64,000 nucleotides of DNA from Micrococcales bacterium (GTDB taxonomy: Bacteria; Actinomycetota; Actinomycetes; Actinomycetales; JBBAYJ01), in contig JANNOG010000111.1 of the NCBI GenBank assembly GCA_031398915.1, positions 4,108 to 68,107 on the forward strand, in the 5' to 3' direction. Both the position numbers and the translations under genes were made by a program. The notes beneath the pieces were generated by a model. The model had not been told where the DNA came from and did no database searches. It was given only the letters and a program-made list of their open reading frames with translations. This document shows, piece by piece, positions 43,139 through 52,781 of the stretch; position 1 is the first letter of the stretch, and every line of letters begins with the position of its first letter.

Positions 43139-44545
43139 TCAGTGCCCGTAATCAGTGAGCATGCTGAGCCATACCTCGCTCAACGTCGGAAAACTGGGCA
43201 CGGCATGGCGCAGCCGTTCGACAGGGACGCGAGCCACGACGGCGATGGTCGCTGCATGCAGTAACTCGGCGACGTCCTGGCCGACAAACGTCGCTCCGAC
43301 GACGACCTGTGCGTCCTCGTCGATCACCAGGGCGGCGCGCCCCTCATAGGCCTGCGCGTGTAGTGCACCAGCCGCGGTCTGGCCGAGGTCGAACTCGACA
43401 GTCCGCACCCGCAGGCCCCGCTCGACGGCCTGAGCGCTGGTGCACCCCACGGTGGCCACCTCGGGGTCGGTGAAGATCACCTGAGGGACCGCCACATGGT
43501 CGGCCTCGGCGGCGTACGGCGGCTCCTCACCTCGGTGACGAGCCATGATCGCGTCGGCCGCCACCCGCGCCTGATACTTGCCCTGGTGCGTCACCAGGGC
43601 ACGGCCATTGACGTCGCCGACCGCGTACAGCCAGTCGCGGCCGTCTACCCGCATCGTGTCGTCCACCTCGATGTACGTCCCCGCCTTCACGTCCACCGTG
43701 TCCAGTCCGATGTCACCGGTGGCGGGTTGGCGACCGGTGGCAACCACCAGCTCATCCGCAACCACTTGCTGACCATCTGCCAGATGGATGACGTATTCGG
43801 CGCCGGCGCGCGCCCTCTCGACCGCGACAACGTCCGCCCCGAGCCGCACCTCGATGCCACCTGCCTCGAACTCGGCCAGCAGCCGCTCTCCGACGAACGG
43901 TTCCAATCGGCCGAACAAGGTCGGGTCCCGGACCAGGACGACGACCTGCTCACTGCCCAGGGACTTCCACGCCTGAGCCATCTCGACACCCACCACACCG
44001 CCGCCGATGATCACCAGGCGACGAGGCACGGCCGACGCTGTCGCCACCTCGCGGCTGGTCCAGGGTTCGGCGGCAGCCAGGCCGGGTATCGGCGGGACAG
44101 CCGCTGTCGATCCTGTCGCGATTACTACGGCCACGGCGACCTCGACCACCAGAGGTTCGGTATCCGAGGCGGTCACGACGACGCGCCGCTCACCCACCAG
44201 ACGACCCCAGCCACGGATGATCGTGACACCGGACTCCTCCAACGATCGTGCCTGCTCGGAGTCGTCGAGGTGGGCGATCAGTCGGTCCCGGTGGGCCAGG
44301 ACAGCCGCCACGTCCAGGTTGGCGGTCACTGCTTCGCGCGCCCCGGGCAGCCGGCGAGCTGCATTCAATGCATGGGCGCTGCGCAGCAGGGCCTTGCTGG
44401 GCATGCACGCCCAGAAGGCGCACTCACCCCCGACCAGCTCCGCCTCTACGACCGCGACCGCCCACCCAGCCACGGCCAGCCGCTGAGCGAGGACCTCACC
44501 GGCAGGCCCAGCCCCCAGCACGACCACGTCGAACCGTCTGATCAT
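43139..44545 (-). CDS. Class I pyridine nucleotide-disulfide oxidoreductase (FAD/NAD(P)-dependent; dihydrolipoamide dehydrogenase / mycothione reductase-like)
   Basis: FDVVVLGAGPAGE (FAD fold), redox-active GGECAFWACMPSK (CxxxxC), IIGGGVVGVEMA (NAD fold), and a C-terminal dimerisation domain with HAVPSFPTLSE. Confidence 0.9.
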   Translation of the reverse strand: MIRRFDVVVLGAGPAGEVLAQRLAVAGWAVAVVEAELVGGECAFWACMPSKALLRSAHALNAARRLPGAREAVTANLDVAAVLAHRDRLIAHLDDSEQARSLEESGVTIIRGWGRLVGERRVVVTASDTEPLVVEVAVAVVIATGSTAAVPPIPGLAAAEPWTSREVATASAVPRRLVIIGGGVVGVEMAQAWKSLGSEQVVVLVRDPTLFGRLEPFVGERLLAEFEAGGIEVRLGADVVAVERARAGAEYVIHLADGQQVVADELVVATGRQPATGDIGLDTVDVKAGTYIEVDDTMRVDGRDWLYAVGDVNGRALVTHQGKYQARVAADAIMARHRGEEPPYAAEADHVAVPQVIFTDPEVATVGCTSAQAVERGLRVRTVEFDLGQTAAGALHAQAYEGRAALVIDEDAQVVVGATFVGQDVAELLHAATIAVVARVPVERLRHAVPSFPTLSEVWLSMLTDYGH

Positions 44546-44617
44546 GTCTCGACCATCGCAGCCCCTCCGACGCTCGGCAACATATAGCTGATTCCGGGAA
44601 TGGGCATGGTTGACCGA

Positions 44618-45568
44618 CTAGAGAGTGATGGCCGCGGCCGCACCCACCAGTTCTCCTCGACGAGTGCGTATCACAATGTCGTCGTACACGATCTGGACTC
44701 CTCGCCGTAACGGAGTGCCGGAAAACAATGACTCATGCGAATAGCGACTGCGTACGCGCAGATCTCGAACATGCTGCGAACTGACCGCCCGAGGGACGTG
44801 GACCACACCCACAGGATGGCGACTCACCGCCTTGGCGACCCCCAATATCTCGGCAATGGATACCGCCTGCTCGGTGGCGACGACCCTGATCATCGGATGT
44901 CCCTCCACTGCGCCGGTCAACGTCTCCGCCAGCTCGGCCATCCGTCTCGCGGCGTCGTCGACGAACACGTAATCACGCAGCGTGTCCAGCGGCACGAAGA
45001 GGACGATGGGCTGACGCAGGGCCGCTCGTAGACACACCTGGGTGATCAGCCCCTGGGGCTTGAGAATGTTCTGCCCCGGACCGTACAGCGTCGATATTCT
45101 CGCAACCGCGAACGGCACGGAGCCAGTTAGTACTGTCCTGGCCACCATTTCTTGGCGGAGTTTGGTTGCGCCGTACGAGTTGAGCGGAACCGCCACCGTA
45201 TTCTCGTCGAAGGGCGGTTCGGCGGATCCGGCGTATACGCCGACAGAACTCGCCAGGACGAATCCCCCGGGCCCCTCGGGGTGACGGCGTCGCAGGTTCT
45301 CGACGAATCGCGTGAGGATTTCCTCCTCGTAGGCCAGGGCGGCGTCACTCGTACCGACCACGCCGACGCCCGCGCACCAGACGATCGACCACGGCTGGGT
45401 CACCGCAACTGCGTCGCAGAACAGCGCGAGTTCGGCGGCAAGAGCGTCGTGAACGGATTGACGGTCGGTCCATGGGACAGGCCGCGACATGTGTTGCCGG
45501 TGGCCGACGAACGCCTCGGACACGGCGGACCCGAGCAACCCGCCGCGCCCGACCACCCACACATGCAC
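44618..45568 (-). CDS. NAD-dependent epimerase/dehydratase family protein
   Basis: MHVWVVGRGGLLGSAV (a variant of GxxGxxG) and YGATKLRQE (YxxxK). Confidence 0.8.
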   Translation of the reverse strand: MHVWVVGRGGLLGSAVSEAFVGHRQHMSRPVPWTDRQSVHDALAAELALFCDAVAVTQPWSIVWCAGVGVVGTSDAALAYEEEILTRFVENLRRRHPEGPGGFVLASSVGVYAGSAEPPFDENTVAVPLNSYGATKLRQEMVARTVLTGSVPFAVARISTLYGPGQNILKPQGLITQVCLRAALRQPIVLFVPLDTLRDYVFVDDAARRMAELAETLTGAVEGHPMIRVVATEQAVSIAEILGVAKAVSRHPVGVVHVPRAVSSQHVRDLRVRSRYSHESLFSGTPLRRGVQIVYDDIVIRTRRGELVGAAAAITL

Positions 45569-45573
45569 GCGGA

Positions 45574-46590
45574 TCAGCCAGATCGCTCGTGAGGGTGGCT
45601 CGACTTGTCACGCACATCAGGACCGAACACGTCATGGGGATCGCTCGCGCTGATGTACGTCGGTTTACCCATGGACATCGCAGCACCGAAGCCGACGTAT
45701 TCGGCCATGATTCCGAGAGAAATCATGATGAGGCCACCGCCGAACAGAATGACCACGAGCAGGGACGTCCAGCCCTCGACGTCGATCGCGCCGGCCAGGC
45801 GAAGGGCGATCGCCAGGGTCGCCCCAACCACGCCCAGCAGGACGCTGACCAGACCAAGCAGGGACACCAACCTGAGCGGCCGTGTGCCTGACGAGACGAT
45901 GAGGCGCCACAGGTGTGCGAGTAGCCGAGGAAAGGTGTATCCCGAGACAGCACGTTCCTCGTGTCGCATGGCAACTGGGCAGTAACCCGGCTTGGCCGTC
46001 GCCCAAGACAGCGCGACGTCGAGGTACACGTCCGGTCCGATGAAGGCAGCCACCGAACGACCCAGTTCTCCGGACATCAGTCGGAAGCTGTGAAAGTTCG
46101 TCAGCGTCCCGTCGGTCAACAGACCCGAAAGCACCCTCTTGACGACGCTGGACGCCGCATTGCGGGCTGCCGAATGGGGCGGGGCATTCGTCGGGGCGGC
46201 GTAGACGAGTGGGGTCCGCTCACGGAAGGCCGTGTCCAGGAGGTCCGCAATGGCAGCTGGATCGTGCTGCCCGTCCTCGTCCATCGTGACGATCCAGTCG
46301 GCACCCGCAGCGGCCATCCCGGCGACGGTGGCCGGGTGCTGGCCGAAGTTGCGCGACAACCAGAGGGGGCGCACCCAATCATGATCGGCCGCCAAACGGC
46401 GAATGACGGAAGAGCTGTCGTCCGGCCCCCGATCCCACACCAGAATGACTTCGTCCAGGCGGTAACTCAATCCGTCGCCGGTCTGCTGAACGGCGCGGTA
46501 CTTCTGAAGTTCGTCAATGAGTCCCGGAAGTGTGTGCTCGCCGCGGTAGACCGGAACCACGATTCCCAGTCGCTGCACCGTGCCGATCAT
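45574..46590 (-). CDS. GT2-family polyprenol-phosphate glycosyltransferase (GtrB/PpgS-like) with two C-terminal TM helices
   Basis: LGIVVPVYRGEHTL, VILVWDRGPDDS and VTMDEDGQHDP (DxD region). The hydrophobic C-terminus reads LRLVSLLGLVSVLLGVVG...LLVVILFGGGLIMISLGIMAEY. The ATG at 46590 overlaps the GtrA stop (ATGA). Confidence 0.85.
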   Translation of the reverse strand: MIGTVQRLGIVVPVYRGEHTLPGLIDELQKYRAVQQTGDGLSYRLDEVILVWDRGPDDSSSVIRRLAADHDWVRPLWLSRNFGQHPATVAGMAAAGADWIVTMDEDGQHDPAAIADLLDTAFRERTPLVYAAPTNAPPHSAARNAASSVVKRVLSGLLTDGTLTNFHSFRLMSGELGRSVAAFIGPDVYLDVALSWATAKPGYCPVAMRHEERAVSGYTFPRLLAHLWRLIVSSGTRPLRLVSLLGLVSVLLGVVGATLAIALRLAGAIDVEGWTSLLVVILFGGGLIMISLGIMAEYVGFGAAMSMGKPTYISASDPHDVFGPDVRDKSSHPHERSG

Positions 46591-47051
46591 GTCGCGTCGG
46601 CCTGAAGCGCTCGTGCAGGCCTGCGGAAAACGAGATGCTTGTACAGAAGGAAGTTCCACACCATGGCCATCGCGATGGCGGCAGCCTTGGGCAGCCACGT
46701 CTCGACTCCGGGTATCCGGACATCACCCAGGGGCAACCATGACGCGGTCGCCAGGATGACCGCAGGCTGAATGAGCCACACCCCCGTTCCTGCGACCACG
46801 AGGAACAGCACCAACGCACGGGTCGTCCGACCGGACGCGCCGAACACGAACCGCCGATTGCCGTAGAAGCTGACGCACATGCCCGCCGACGTCGACACGA
46901 AGTTGGCGGCGACCACCGGCAGGCCCGCCACCACCAGAACCAGGTACAGCAGGAAGTCGACCAGCGTGTTGACCACTCCCCAGGAGGCGAACCGCAAGAA
47001 CTGGCGGACACCCCCGCTGGTTGGGACGCGGTCGATCACCGTCACGGCCAT
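46587..47051 (-). CDS. GtrA-family membrane protein
   Basis: 154 aa with four hydrophobic segments, RQFLRFASWGVVNTLVDFLLY at the N-terminus, and a C-terminal WNFLLYKHLVFR, typical of GtrA. Confidence 0.85.
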   Translation of the reverse strand: MAVTVIDRVPTSGGVRQFLRFASWGVVNTLVDFLLYLVLVVAGLPVVAANFVSTSAGMCVSFYGNRRFVFGASGRTTRALVLFLVVAGTGVWLIQPAVILATASWLPLGDVRIPGVETWLPKAAAIAMAMVWNFLLYKHLVFRRPARALQADAT

Positions 47052-47060
47052 GCCTCCTCC

Positions 47061-47708
47061 TCAGCCCGAACGTCGTGCCACGACGGCGTAGAGCGGATCT
47101 CCGGACGACCGCGGCGGGGTGCGCAGGCTGACCTGAGGATCGTCGAATCCATCACAGCGGCGGACATATTCGGCCACGATCGAGCAACGGCCGTCGTCGT
47201 CGGTCGACAGCCAGCCGTATATCGCCTTACTGGGAAAGCAGCGATTAGAGAACGTGATGACCAGTACGCCGCCGGGCCGTAACACCCGCGAGGCTTCCCG
47301 CAGCACCTCTATCGGATGCACGAGATAGTCTATCGACACGCAGCATGTGACAGCGTCGAATCCGGCGTCGTCGAACGGGAGCAGCGGCTCGACATTCAGG
47401 TCGACAACGAGACGTTCGGTGGCAGCCGTGTTGGCGGCCAACTCGGTGGCATTCATCCCCAGCACGACCAACTCGGCCGGTGGGGTTCGAAAATGAGACA
47501 CCCACGACGACATCACGTCCAATACGCGGGTCGGATGCTCGGCCGAACCGTCGATACCCAGCACGGCGTACAACTCTGCAACCGCCTCGATCGCTCGGGC
47601 GTCGATATGGGTCACCAGCCGAGGTGATTCGTAGAACCGGCTGTCGACACCCGGGTCGTCGCGATCGAAGAACCCGGGCGGAAAACCCTCGTAGCCGGCT
47701 GCCGTCAC
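47061..47708 (-). CDS. Class I SAM-dependent methyltransferase
   Basis: VLDVMSSWVSH (motif I-like), FDAVTCCVSIDYL and LRPGGVLVITF. The GTG at 47708 overlaps the upstream stop (GTGA). Confidence 0.75.
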   Translation of the reverse strand: MTAAGYEGFPPGFFDRDDPGVDSRFYESPRLVTHIDARAIEAVAELYAVLGIDGSAEHPTRVLDVMSSWVSHFRTPPAELVVLGMNATELAANTAATERLVVDLNVEPLLPFDDAGFDAVTCCVSIDYLVHPIEVLREASRVLRPGGVLVITFSNRCFPSKAIYGWLSTDDDGRCSIVAEYVRRCDGFDDPQVSLRTPPRSSGDPLYAVVARRSG

Positions 47709-48817
47709 TCCGCCGAGGATAGGCGAGACGGGGCTTGACCAGCAGGGGTGGGCAGGTCCAGAACGCGTGACGTGTGCAACCGCCACACCAGGTAGGCCAG
47801 GCCCAACCGGGTCCGCCCGTAGCCGTGCAGTGGGTCGAAGCCCAACTCCTGGGTGAGGGTGTCGATCCGCGCCTGCATGGTGCTGTGGTGGACGCCGTCA
47901 TGACGTGCCGCCTGTCGGATTGTCGTCGTGTTCAAGACCGCCTGGACCGTCGTCCGGGCCCAGCAATGGCCCATCACCAGGTCCATCCGGTCGCTGTCCG
48001 GGGTGCTCCGACGGGTGGGCGAGTCGGCCAGCAACTCGATGAGGCCGCCGTAGCTGTCGGCGCTGACGAAAGGCTCCTCCGGCGCGGCGCACAGCCGTAA
48101 CGCCACCACGGCAGTGCGGAACGACCGTGGCAGGTCGTCGCAACAGACGGCGATCCCGATGCCGGAGGGGCGTACGTCGACCCGATCGACGGCGGCCGGG
48201 CTGATGACGGCGTGGATCGGACCCAGCGGGGTGGAAACGACGTCGCCAGGCCCCTGGGGGTGCTCGGCCCACACGGCGAACAGCGGCGCAGCGACCACCC
48301 GGTACCGCGTCGCTGCACTCAACCCCTGTCGGCGTGCGGCGTCTCCCCGCACCTCGGCGGGCACGGTCTCGTCGAGCAGGATGCCGATGTCGCGCGGTGG
48401 TTCGATCTCGTGGCGCTCGATGCCCAGCCGTACCCCGACGGCGAGGGCGAGCCGCTCGACGATGATGGCGTCGTTGACGTGTGGGGCGCCCTCACGCTCC
48501 AGCCACACTCGGGCACCGCGCGGCAGTTCGTGGCACGCGGCATGCGCGGGCGATCCCGGCGCGAGTTCCTCTCCGGTCGGGCTGACGCGCATCGACCGTG
48601 AGGGGTGATCCTGCGCGAACCCGGCCGGACAGCCCGCCAGCGAGGCAGCGGTGCTGAGCAGGGCTCGAGTGTTGACCGCGCCGATGATCAGCTCGTCGAA
48701 GCACGCGATGACCCGGATACCGAGGCTGGCCTCCGGATCGAGCGCGGCGATCTTGCCCAGCAGCTCTTGCACGTGACCTCCTGTGGGTGGTTCGCCACAG
48801 ACCTGACCGCGACCCAT
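47705..48817 (-). CDS. PucR-family transcriptional regulator
   Basis: C-terminal PucR-type HTH: TIRQAARHDGVHHSTMQARIDTLTQELGFDP...RLGLAYLVWRL. Confidence 0.75.
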   Translation of the reverse strand: MGRGQVCGEPPTGGHVQELLGKIAALDPEASLGIRVIACFDELIIGAVNTRALLSTAASLAGCPAGFAQDHPSRSMRVSPTGEELAPGSPAHAACHELPRGARVWLEREGAPHVNDAIIVERLALAVGVRLGIERHEIEPPRDIGILLDETVPAEVRGDAARRQGLSAATRYRVVAAPLFAVWAEHPQGPGDVVSTPLGPIHAVISPAAVDRVDVRPSGIGIAVCCDDLPRSFRTAVVALRLCAAPEEPFVSADSYGGLIELLADSPTRRSTPDSDRMDLVMGHCWARTTVQAVLNTTTIRQAARHDGVHHSTMQARIDTLTQELGFDPLHGYGRTRLGLAYLVWRLHTSRVLDLPTPAGQAPSRLSSAE

Positions 48818-48900
48818 CGACGATGGCGGGCGCCCTCATTATCAGGGGCGCCCGCCCGCCTTGTCAGCCGGGTCCTGCACGAACTGCCCTGAGCGGCGAC

Positions 48901-50115
48901 TCAGCCACGGAGGGCGTCGTACGCGGCCTTCTCGAAGTCGAGATAACCCCCGACCGATGCCGCATCGGCGAACGGCAGGATCTGGGTGCCCCAGTAGCCG
49001 GCGATTCCGGTCTGGCGATCGATCCAGTAATAGAGATTCGCGAGCCCGGCCCACGCGACACTGCCGGCCGGGCGTCCGGTGGGGGCATCCTCGTCGTTGA
49101 CCATGAACGTGAGCCCCCAGGACTTGGATTGACCGGGGAAGAATTCGGCATCGTTGGACAGGCTGGGGATGACGCCCGGCAACATCTTGACCTTGAGATC
49201 ACCGAGGTGGTTGCCCACCGCCATCTCGACGGTCTCGGGTCGAAGCACCTGCTCGCCCGTCGGCGAGGCACCGTCGTTCAGCCACATACGCAAGAACTTC
49301 ATATAGTCGGGGACCGTCGACAGCAGGCCGTGACCGCCCATGTGCACCTCCGGATCCGGTAGCCGGAATGCAGTCGGCGTGAGGGTGCCATCGCTTTCGC
49401 GCTGGTGCATCGTCGCCAGCCGTGGCTCGGTCGAACCGGTGAGAGTGAAGGCGCTGTCAGTCATCCCGAGCGGGCCGAAGACCCGTTCCTGCATGACCTC
49501 ACCGAGCGACTTCCCGGCGATCGCCTCGACGACCTGACCCGCCCAGTCGATGTTGCTGCCGTATTCCCACTGGTCGCCCGGGTCGAACAGGAGGGGACTC
49601 ATCAACGCCTTGCGGGTCGATGTGACGATGCTGGGCTGGCCATGGTCGGTCGCCAGCCGGTTGTACGAGTCGTTGAAGAAGTCGTAGGCGAAACCCGCGG
49701 TGTGCAACAACAGATGGCGGGTGGTGATGTCGCGGACCGGCGCCCGAAGTACGGGCTGCCCGGCGTCGTCGAAGCCGTCGAGAACCTGGAAATCGCCGAG
49801 CACCGGGAGGTAGTGCTTGGCGGGCGCATCCAGATCGAGGAGGCCTTCTTCGACCAATTGCAGCGCGGTCGTGCCGGTGACGGCTTTGGTCGTCGAGAAG
49901 ATGGCCAGGACGCTGTCGGTGGTCATCGGGACGCCCGTGGCCAGGTCACGCACACCCGCGGCGCCCAGATAGAGATTGGCCTCGCGGTCGGTGACTCCGG
50001 CGACGACACCCGGAACCCGCTCGGCGGCGGTCGCGGCCGACGGGACTGCCTGCACAACGGCGTCGACGGCGGCGGCGACCGACTCCGATCGTTGGGTGAG
50101 TGCTGTACTCATCAT
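48901..50115 (-). CDS. Serine hydrolase, beta-lactamase (class C / esterase EstB-like) family
   Basis: [10 protein letters not shown] (SxxK nucleophile), and a YSN-like and later GWG-type region. ATGATG at 50110..50115 is preceded by GAAGGAG. The upstream part of the listed ORF is low-complexity. Confidence 0.85.
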   Translation of the reverse strand: MMSTALTQRSESVAAAVDAVVQAVPSAATAAERVPGVVAGVTDREANLYLGAAGVRDLATGVPMTTDSVLAIFSTTKAVTGTTALQLVEEGLLDLDAPAKHYLPVLGDFQVLDGFDDAGQPVLRAPVRDITTRHLLLHTAGFAYDFFNDSYNRLATDHGQPSIVTSTRKALMSPLLFDPGDQWEYGSNIDWAGQVVEAIAGKSLGEVMQERVFGPLGMTDSAFTLTGSTEPRLATMHQRESDGTLTPTAFRLPDPEVHMGGHGLLSTVPDYMKFLRMWLNDGASPTGEQVLRPETVEMAVGNHLGDLKVKMLPGVIPSLSNDAEFFPGQSKSWGLTFMVNDEDAPTGRPAGSVAWAGLANLYYWIDRQTGIAGYWGTQILPFADAASVGGYLDFEKAAYDALRG

Positions 50116-50173
50116 GACTCCTTCGTCGTGAGCTGCTCTCGACCGGGCGGTCGAGAGTATTGATCGGTTCGTT

Positions 50174-51175
50174 TCAGTCGGCCAGTAGTTTTTCCACCCA
50201 GGCGAATCGCGTTCGCAGCATTCCCTGTGCCAGTGCCGTGTGAGGAGCGAAGATGTCGAATGCGTGGAATCCGCCTGTCCAGACGTGGAGTTCGGCGTCG
50301 CCGCCCGCCTGCCACAATCGCGTCGCGTAGTCGACGACCTCGTCACGGAAGATCTCCGCCGAGCCGACGTCCAGATAGGTGGCCGGCAGTCCACTCAGGT
50401 CGGTCGCCCGCGACGGGGCGAGATAAGGCGACACCTGGTCGCTTCCGTACGCATCGCCCAGAATGGCGGCCCAACCGGTTTCGTTGCTGATGCGATCCCA
50501 CACGCCGACACCGTCGAATTGCCGGGTCGATATCGTGATTCCGCGGTCGTCGAGCATGGGATAGACGAGCAGTTGACCTCGCAGGGCCGGGCCTCCTCGA
50601 TCCCGCGCCGCCAGCGCCAGGCCCGCCGCCAGCCCGCCACCGGCGCTCGCCCCCGCCACCACGACCCGAGCCGGGTCCACACCCAGCCGCGCAGCGTTGC
50701 TCACGGTCCATTCCAACGTCGCGTAGACGTCTTCGCGGGCATACGGGTCCGCGAACTCCGGCGCCAGGCGATACTCCGGCGACACCAGTACCGCACCGAG
50801 GCGCTCCACCCATTCGAGGTTGAGAGCGAGTGCGTTGAAGCGGTCACCGAACATCAGTCCACCGGAGTGCGCGTAGACGACGGCCGGTCGAGGTCCTGTG
50901 GCGTGGGTCGAGCGCAGTACCGAGACCATGATCGAATCGCCCGCGTGACCGACGATCGGGTATTCGGCATGGCTGACGTCACGACCGGCCAGGATCTCGT
51001 CGAGCGGCGGCGACGCGTATGACCGGCGCATGAACGGGATGAGGTCAGGGGTGATGGTCGGCGGGAACACGCCGCCCACGATCGCCAGGCCGGCCTTGAG
51101 CTCGGGGTCGAATTCGGGTCGGGCGGCCGTGCGGGGGCGGGACGACTCGTCCAGGTCCTCCACCGCGAGCGCCAT
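50174..51175 (-). CDS. Alpha/beta hydrolase, hormone-sensitive-lipase-like esterase
   Basis: [11 protein letters not shown] (HGGG-type oxyanion motif) and [12 protein letters not shown] (GxSxG). Confidence 0.9.
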   Translation of the reverse strand: MALAVEDLDESSRPRTAARPEFDPELKAGLAIVGGVFPPTITPDLIPFMRRSYASPPLDEILAGRDVSHAEYPIVGHAGDSIMVSVLRSTHATGPRPAVVYAHSGGLMFGDRFNALALNLEWVERLGAVLVSPEYRLAPEFADPYAREDVYATLEWTVSNAARLGVDPARVVVAGASAGGGLAAGLALAARDRGGPALRGQLLVYPMLDDRGITISTRQFDGVGVWDRISNETGWAAILGDAYGSDQVSPYLAPSRATDLSGLPATYLDVGSAEIFRDEVVDYATRLWQAGGDAELHVWTGGFHAFDIFAPHTALAQGMLRTRFAWVEKLLAD

Positions 51176-51268
51176 GCGTCAGAGTGTCCACAACCCACCC
51201 GGCGAGGCGTAACCGCCATCCTGACGGAATCCGACGCACCCGTACCGCCGACTGGCGGTACCTGCGGC

Positions 51269-51595
51269 TCACCCCACGACTGTGAGGGTGGGACGTGGCC
51301 GGGACCGCAGGATCAGCGCCCGCTCGCCCTCCGAGAGGCCACCCCACACCCCGTACGGCTCGCGAACCGAGAGGGCGTGGTCGCGGCACGCGGTGATGAC
51401 GGGGCAGTCTTCGCACACCAGCTTGGCCTGATCTTCGCGGTGAAGGCGGGTGAGGCCGCGGTCGCTCTCGGGATGGAAGAACATCCCGCCATCCAGACCC
51501 CGGCAAGCAGCGGACTCCTGCCAGTGCCACGACTGTGCGAGGGGACGAGGCAGCCGTGAGATGTCAGCCACGCCGACCAGCTCCGCGCCCAGCAC
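51269..51595 (-). CDS. WhiB-family [4Fe-4S] transcriptional regulator
   Basis: Four Cys residues (AACRG...CEDCPVITACRDHAL) and the GVWGG turn followed by a basic tail. Confidence 0.9.
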   Translation of the reverse strand: MLGAELVGVADISRLPRPLAQSWHWQESAACRGLDGGMFFHPESDRGLTRLHREDQAKLVCEDCPVITACRDHALSVREPYGVWGGLSEGERALILRSRPRPTLTVVG

Positions 51596-51670
51596 ACATC
51601 GACGTATGACGAGAGAGTGGCATCGGAGGCCTCCACGGCGCGTCGGATAGATCCTGACACTGCCGGGTCT

Positions 51671-51709
51671 GGGGCAACTCCTCCCACTCTAGCGGTAGGG
51701 AGTTGCCCC
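51671..51709 (-). terminator. Hairpin (11-bp perfect stem GGGGCAACTCC / GGAGTTGCCCC, 17-nt loop) downstream of the small basic-protein ORF
   Basis: Read directly. It lies 12 nt after the stop at 51721 and upstream of whiB. No U-tract. Confidence 0.4.
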
Positions 51710-51720
51710 AGATCAACAGG

Positions 51721-51852
51721 TCAGTTGCCTCTACCTGCCGGAGGGATGATCCCCTGCTTGTCACCCTCTTTTCGCTTCTTCTCGGCGCGCTTCTCCTTGA
51801 TCGTGGCGCCAGGCTTCTTCGCCGCGGACTTTCGTGGTGACTTGTCGGACAT
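51721..51852 (-). CDS. Small (43-aa) highly basic protein, not in the supplied ORF track
   Basis: My translation is MSDKSPRKSAAKKPGATIKEKRAEKKRKEGDKQGIIPPAGRGN. GAGGAGA Shine-Dalgarno sequence 5 nt upstream of the ATG at 51852. A hairpin follows it. Confidence 0.55.
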   Translation of the reverse strand: MSDKSPRKSAAKKPGATIKEKRAEKKRKEGDKQGIIPPAGRGN

Positions 51853-51974
51853 GGCGTCTCCTCGGTCACTCGGTGCGAATCCTCAACAGTAGCCCCGCCG
51901 AGTCGAATCCGTCCGGCGAGGCGCGGCGCCGAGCGGGTGAGCCCCGGTGAGGAGCCGCAGCATTCCGTTCCGAC

Positions 51975-52763
51975 TCAGACTGGGCGGCGCCTGAGACGCT
52001 CCATTCCGCCATCGACGGCCAGGGTGGTGCCGGTCGTCGACCCGGCCGAGGGAGAGGCGAGGTAGGCGATGGCGTGGGCCACCTCCTCTGCGTCGACCAG
52101 GCGGCCATGAGGTTGGCGAGCAGCCAGGGCAGATCGCTCGGCACCGGGGTCGATGGCCGCGTCCAACAGCCGCGATATCCATGGCGTTGCAGCAGTACCG
52201 GGGTTCACCGCGTTCACCCGGATGCCATCGGGCAATAGGTCCGCCGCCATCGCCAGGGTCAGCGACAGCACAGCCCCCTTGGTCGCCGAGTACACCGCGC
52301 GTTCCTGCAGTCCCACCGTGGCGGCGATCGAGCAGGTGTTGACGATCGCGGCTCCCACTGGACCTGACCTGCCTGACCGGCGCAGGGCCGGCAACGCGGC
52401 TCGGGTGACCCGGGCGATGCCGACGACGTTGACGTCGAACACTCGGTGCCACTCGGCGTCGGAGTTGGCCTCGATCCCCCCGGCTGCGCCGATGCCCGCG
52501 TTGTTCACCAGGACACTCAACCCACCCAGCAACTCGACCACCCGGTCGACGGCGGCCCTGACCGCCTGGTCGTCGGTGACGTCAGCCGTCACAGCCTCCA
52601 GGCCTGCCGTGGCGTCCACCACGTCGGTGACGGGCGACACGTCACGGTCGAGGACCGCGACCTGTGCGCCGAGCCGGTGCAGCAGTCGTGCGGTGGCCCA
52701 CCCGATGCCCGACGCCCCGCCGGTGATCAGGGCACGGCACCCGTGAAACTCCTGTTCGCGCAC
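51975..52763 (-). CDS. SDR-family oxidoreductase (3-oxoacyl-reductase-like)
   Basis: ALITGGASGIGWATA, NNAGIG and YSATKGAV (YxxxK). Confidence 0.9.
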   Translation of the reverse strand: MREQEFHGCRALITGGASGIGWATARLLHRLGAQVAVLDRDVSPVTDVVDATAGLEAVTADVTDDQAVRAAVDRVVELLGGLSVLVNNAGIGAAGGIEANSDAEWHRVFDVNVVGIARVTRAALPALRRSGRSGPVGAAIVNTCSIAATVGLQERAVYSATKGAVLSLTLAMAADLLPDGIRVNAVNPGTAATPWISRLLDAAIDPGAERSALAARQPHGRLVDAEEVAHAIAYLASPSAGSTTGTTLAVDGGMERLRRRPV

Positions 52764-52781
52764 GCGACGGATCCTGTCAGG

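Noticed and set aside
51890-51935. tRNA-like TCGAATCC sequence (gagtcgaatccgtcc)
   Set aside because: The flanking bases do not form a T-stem. I could not fold an acceptor or anticodon arm on either strand.
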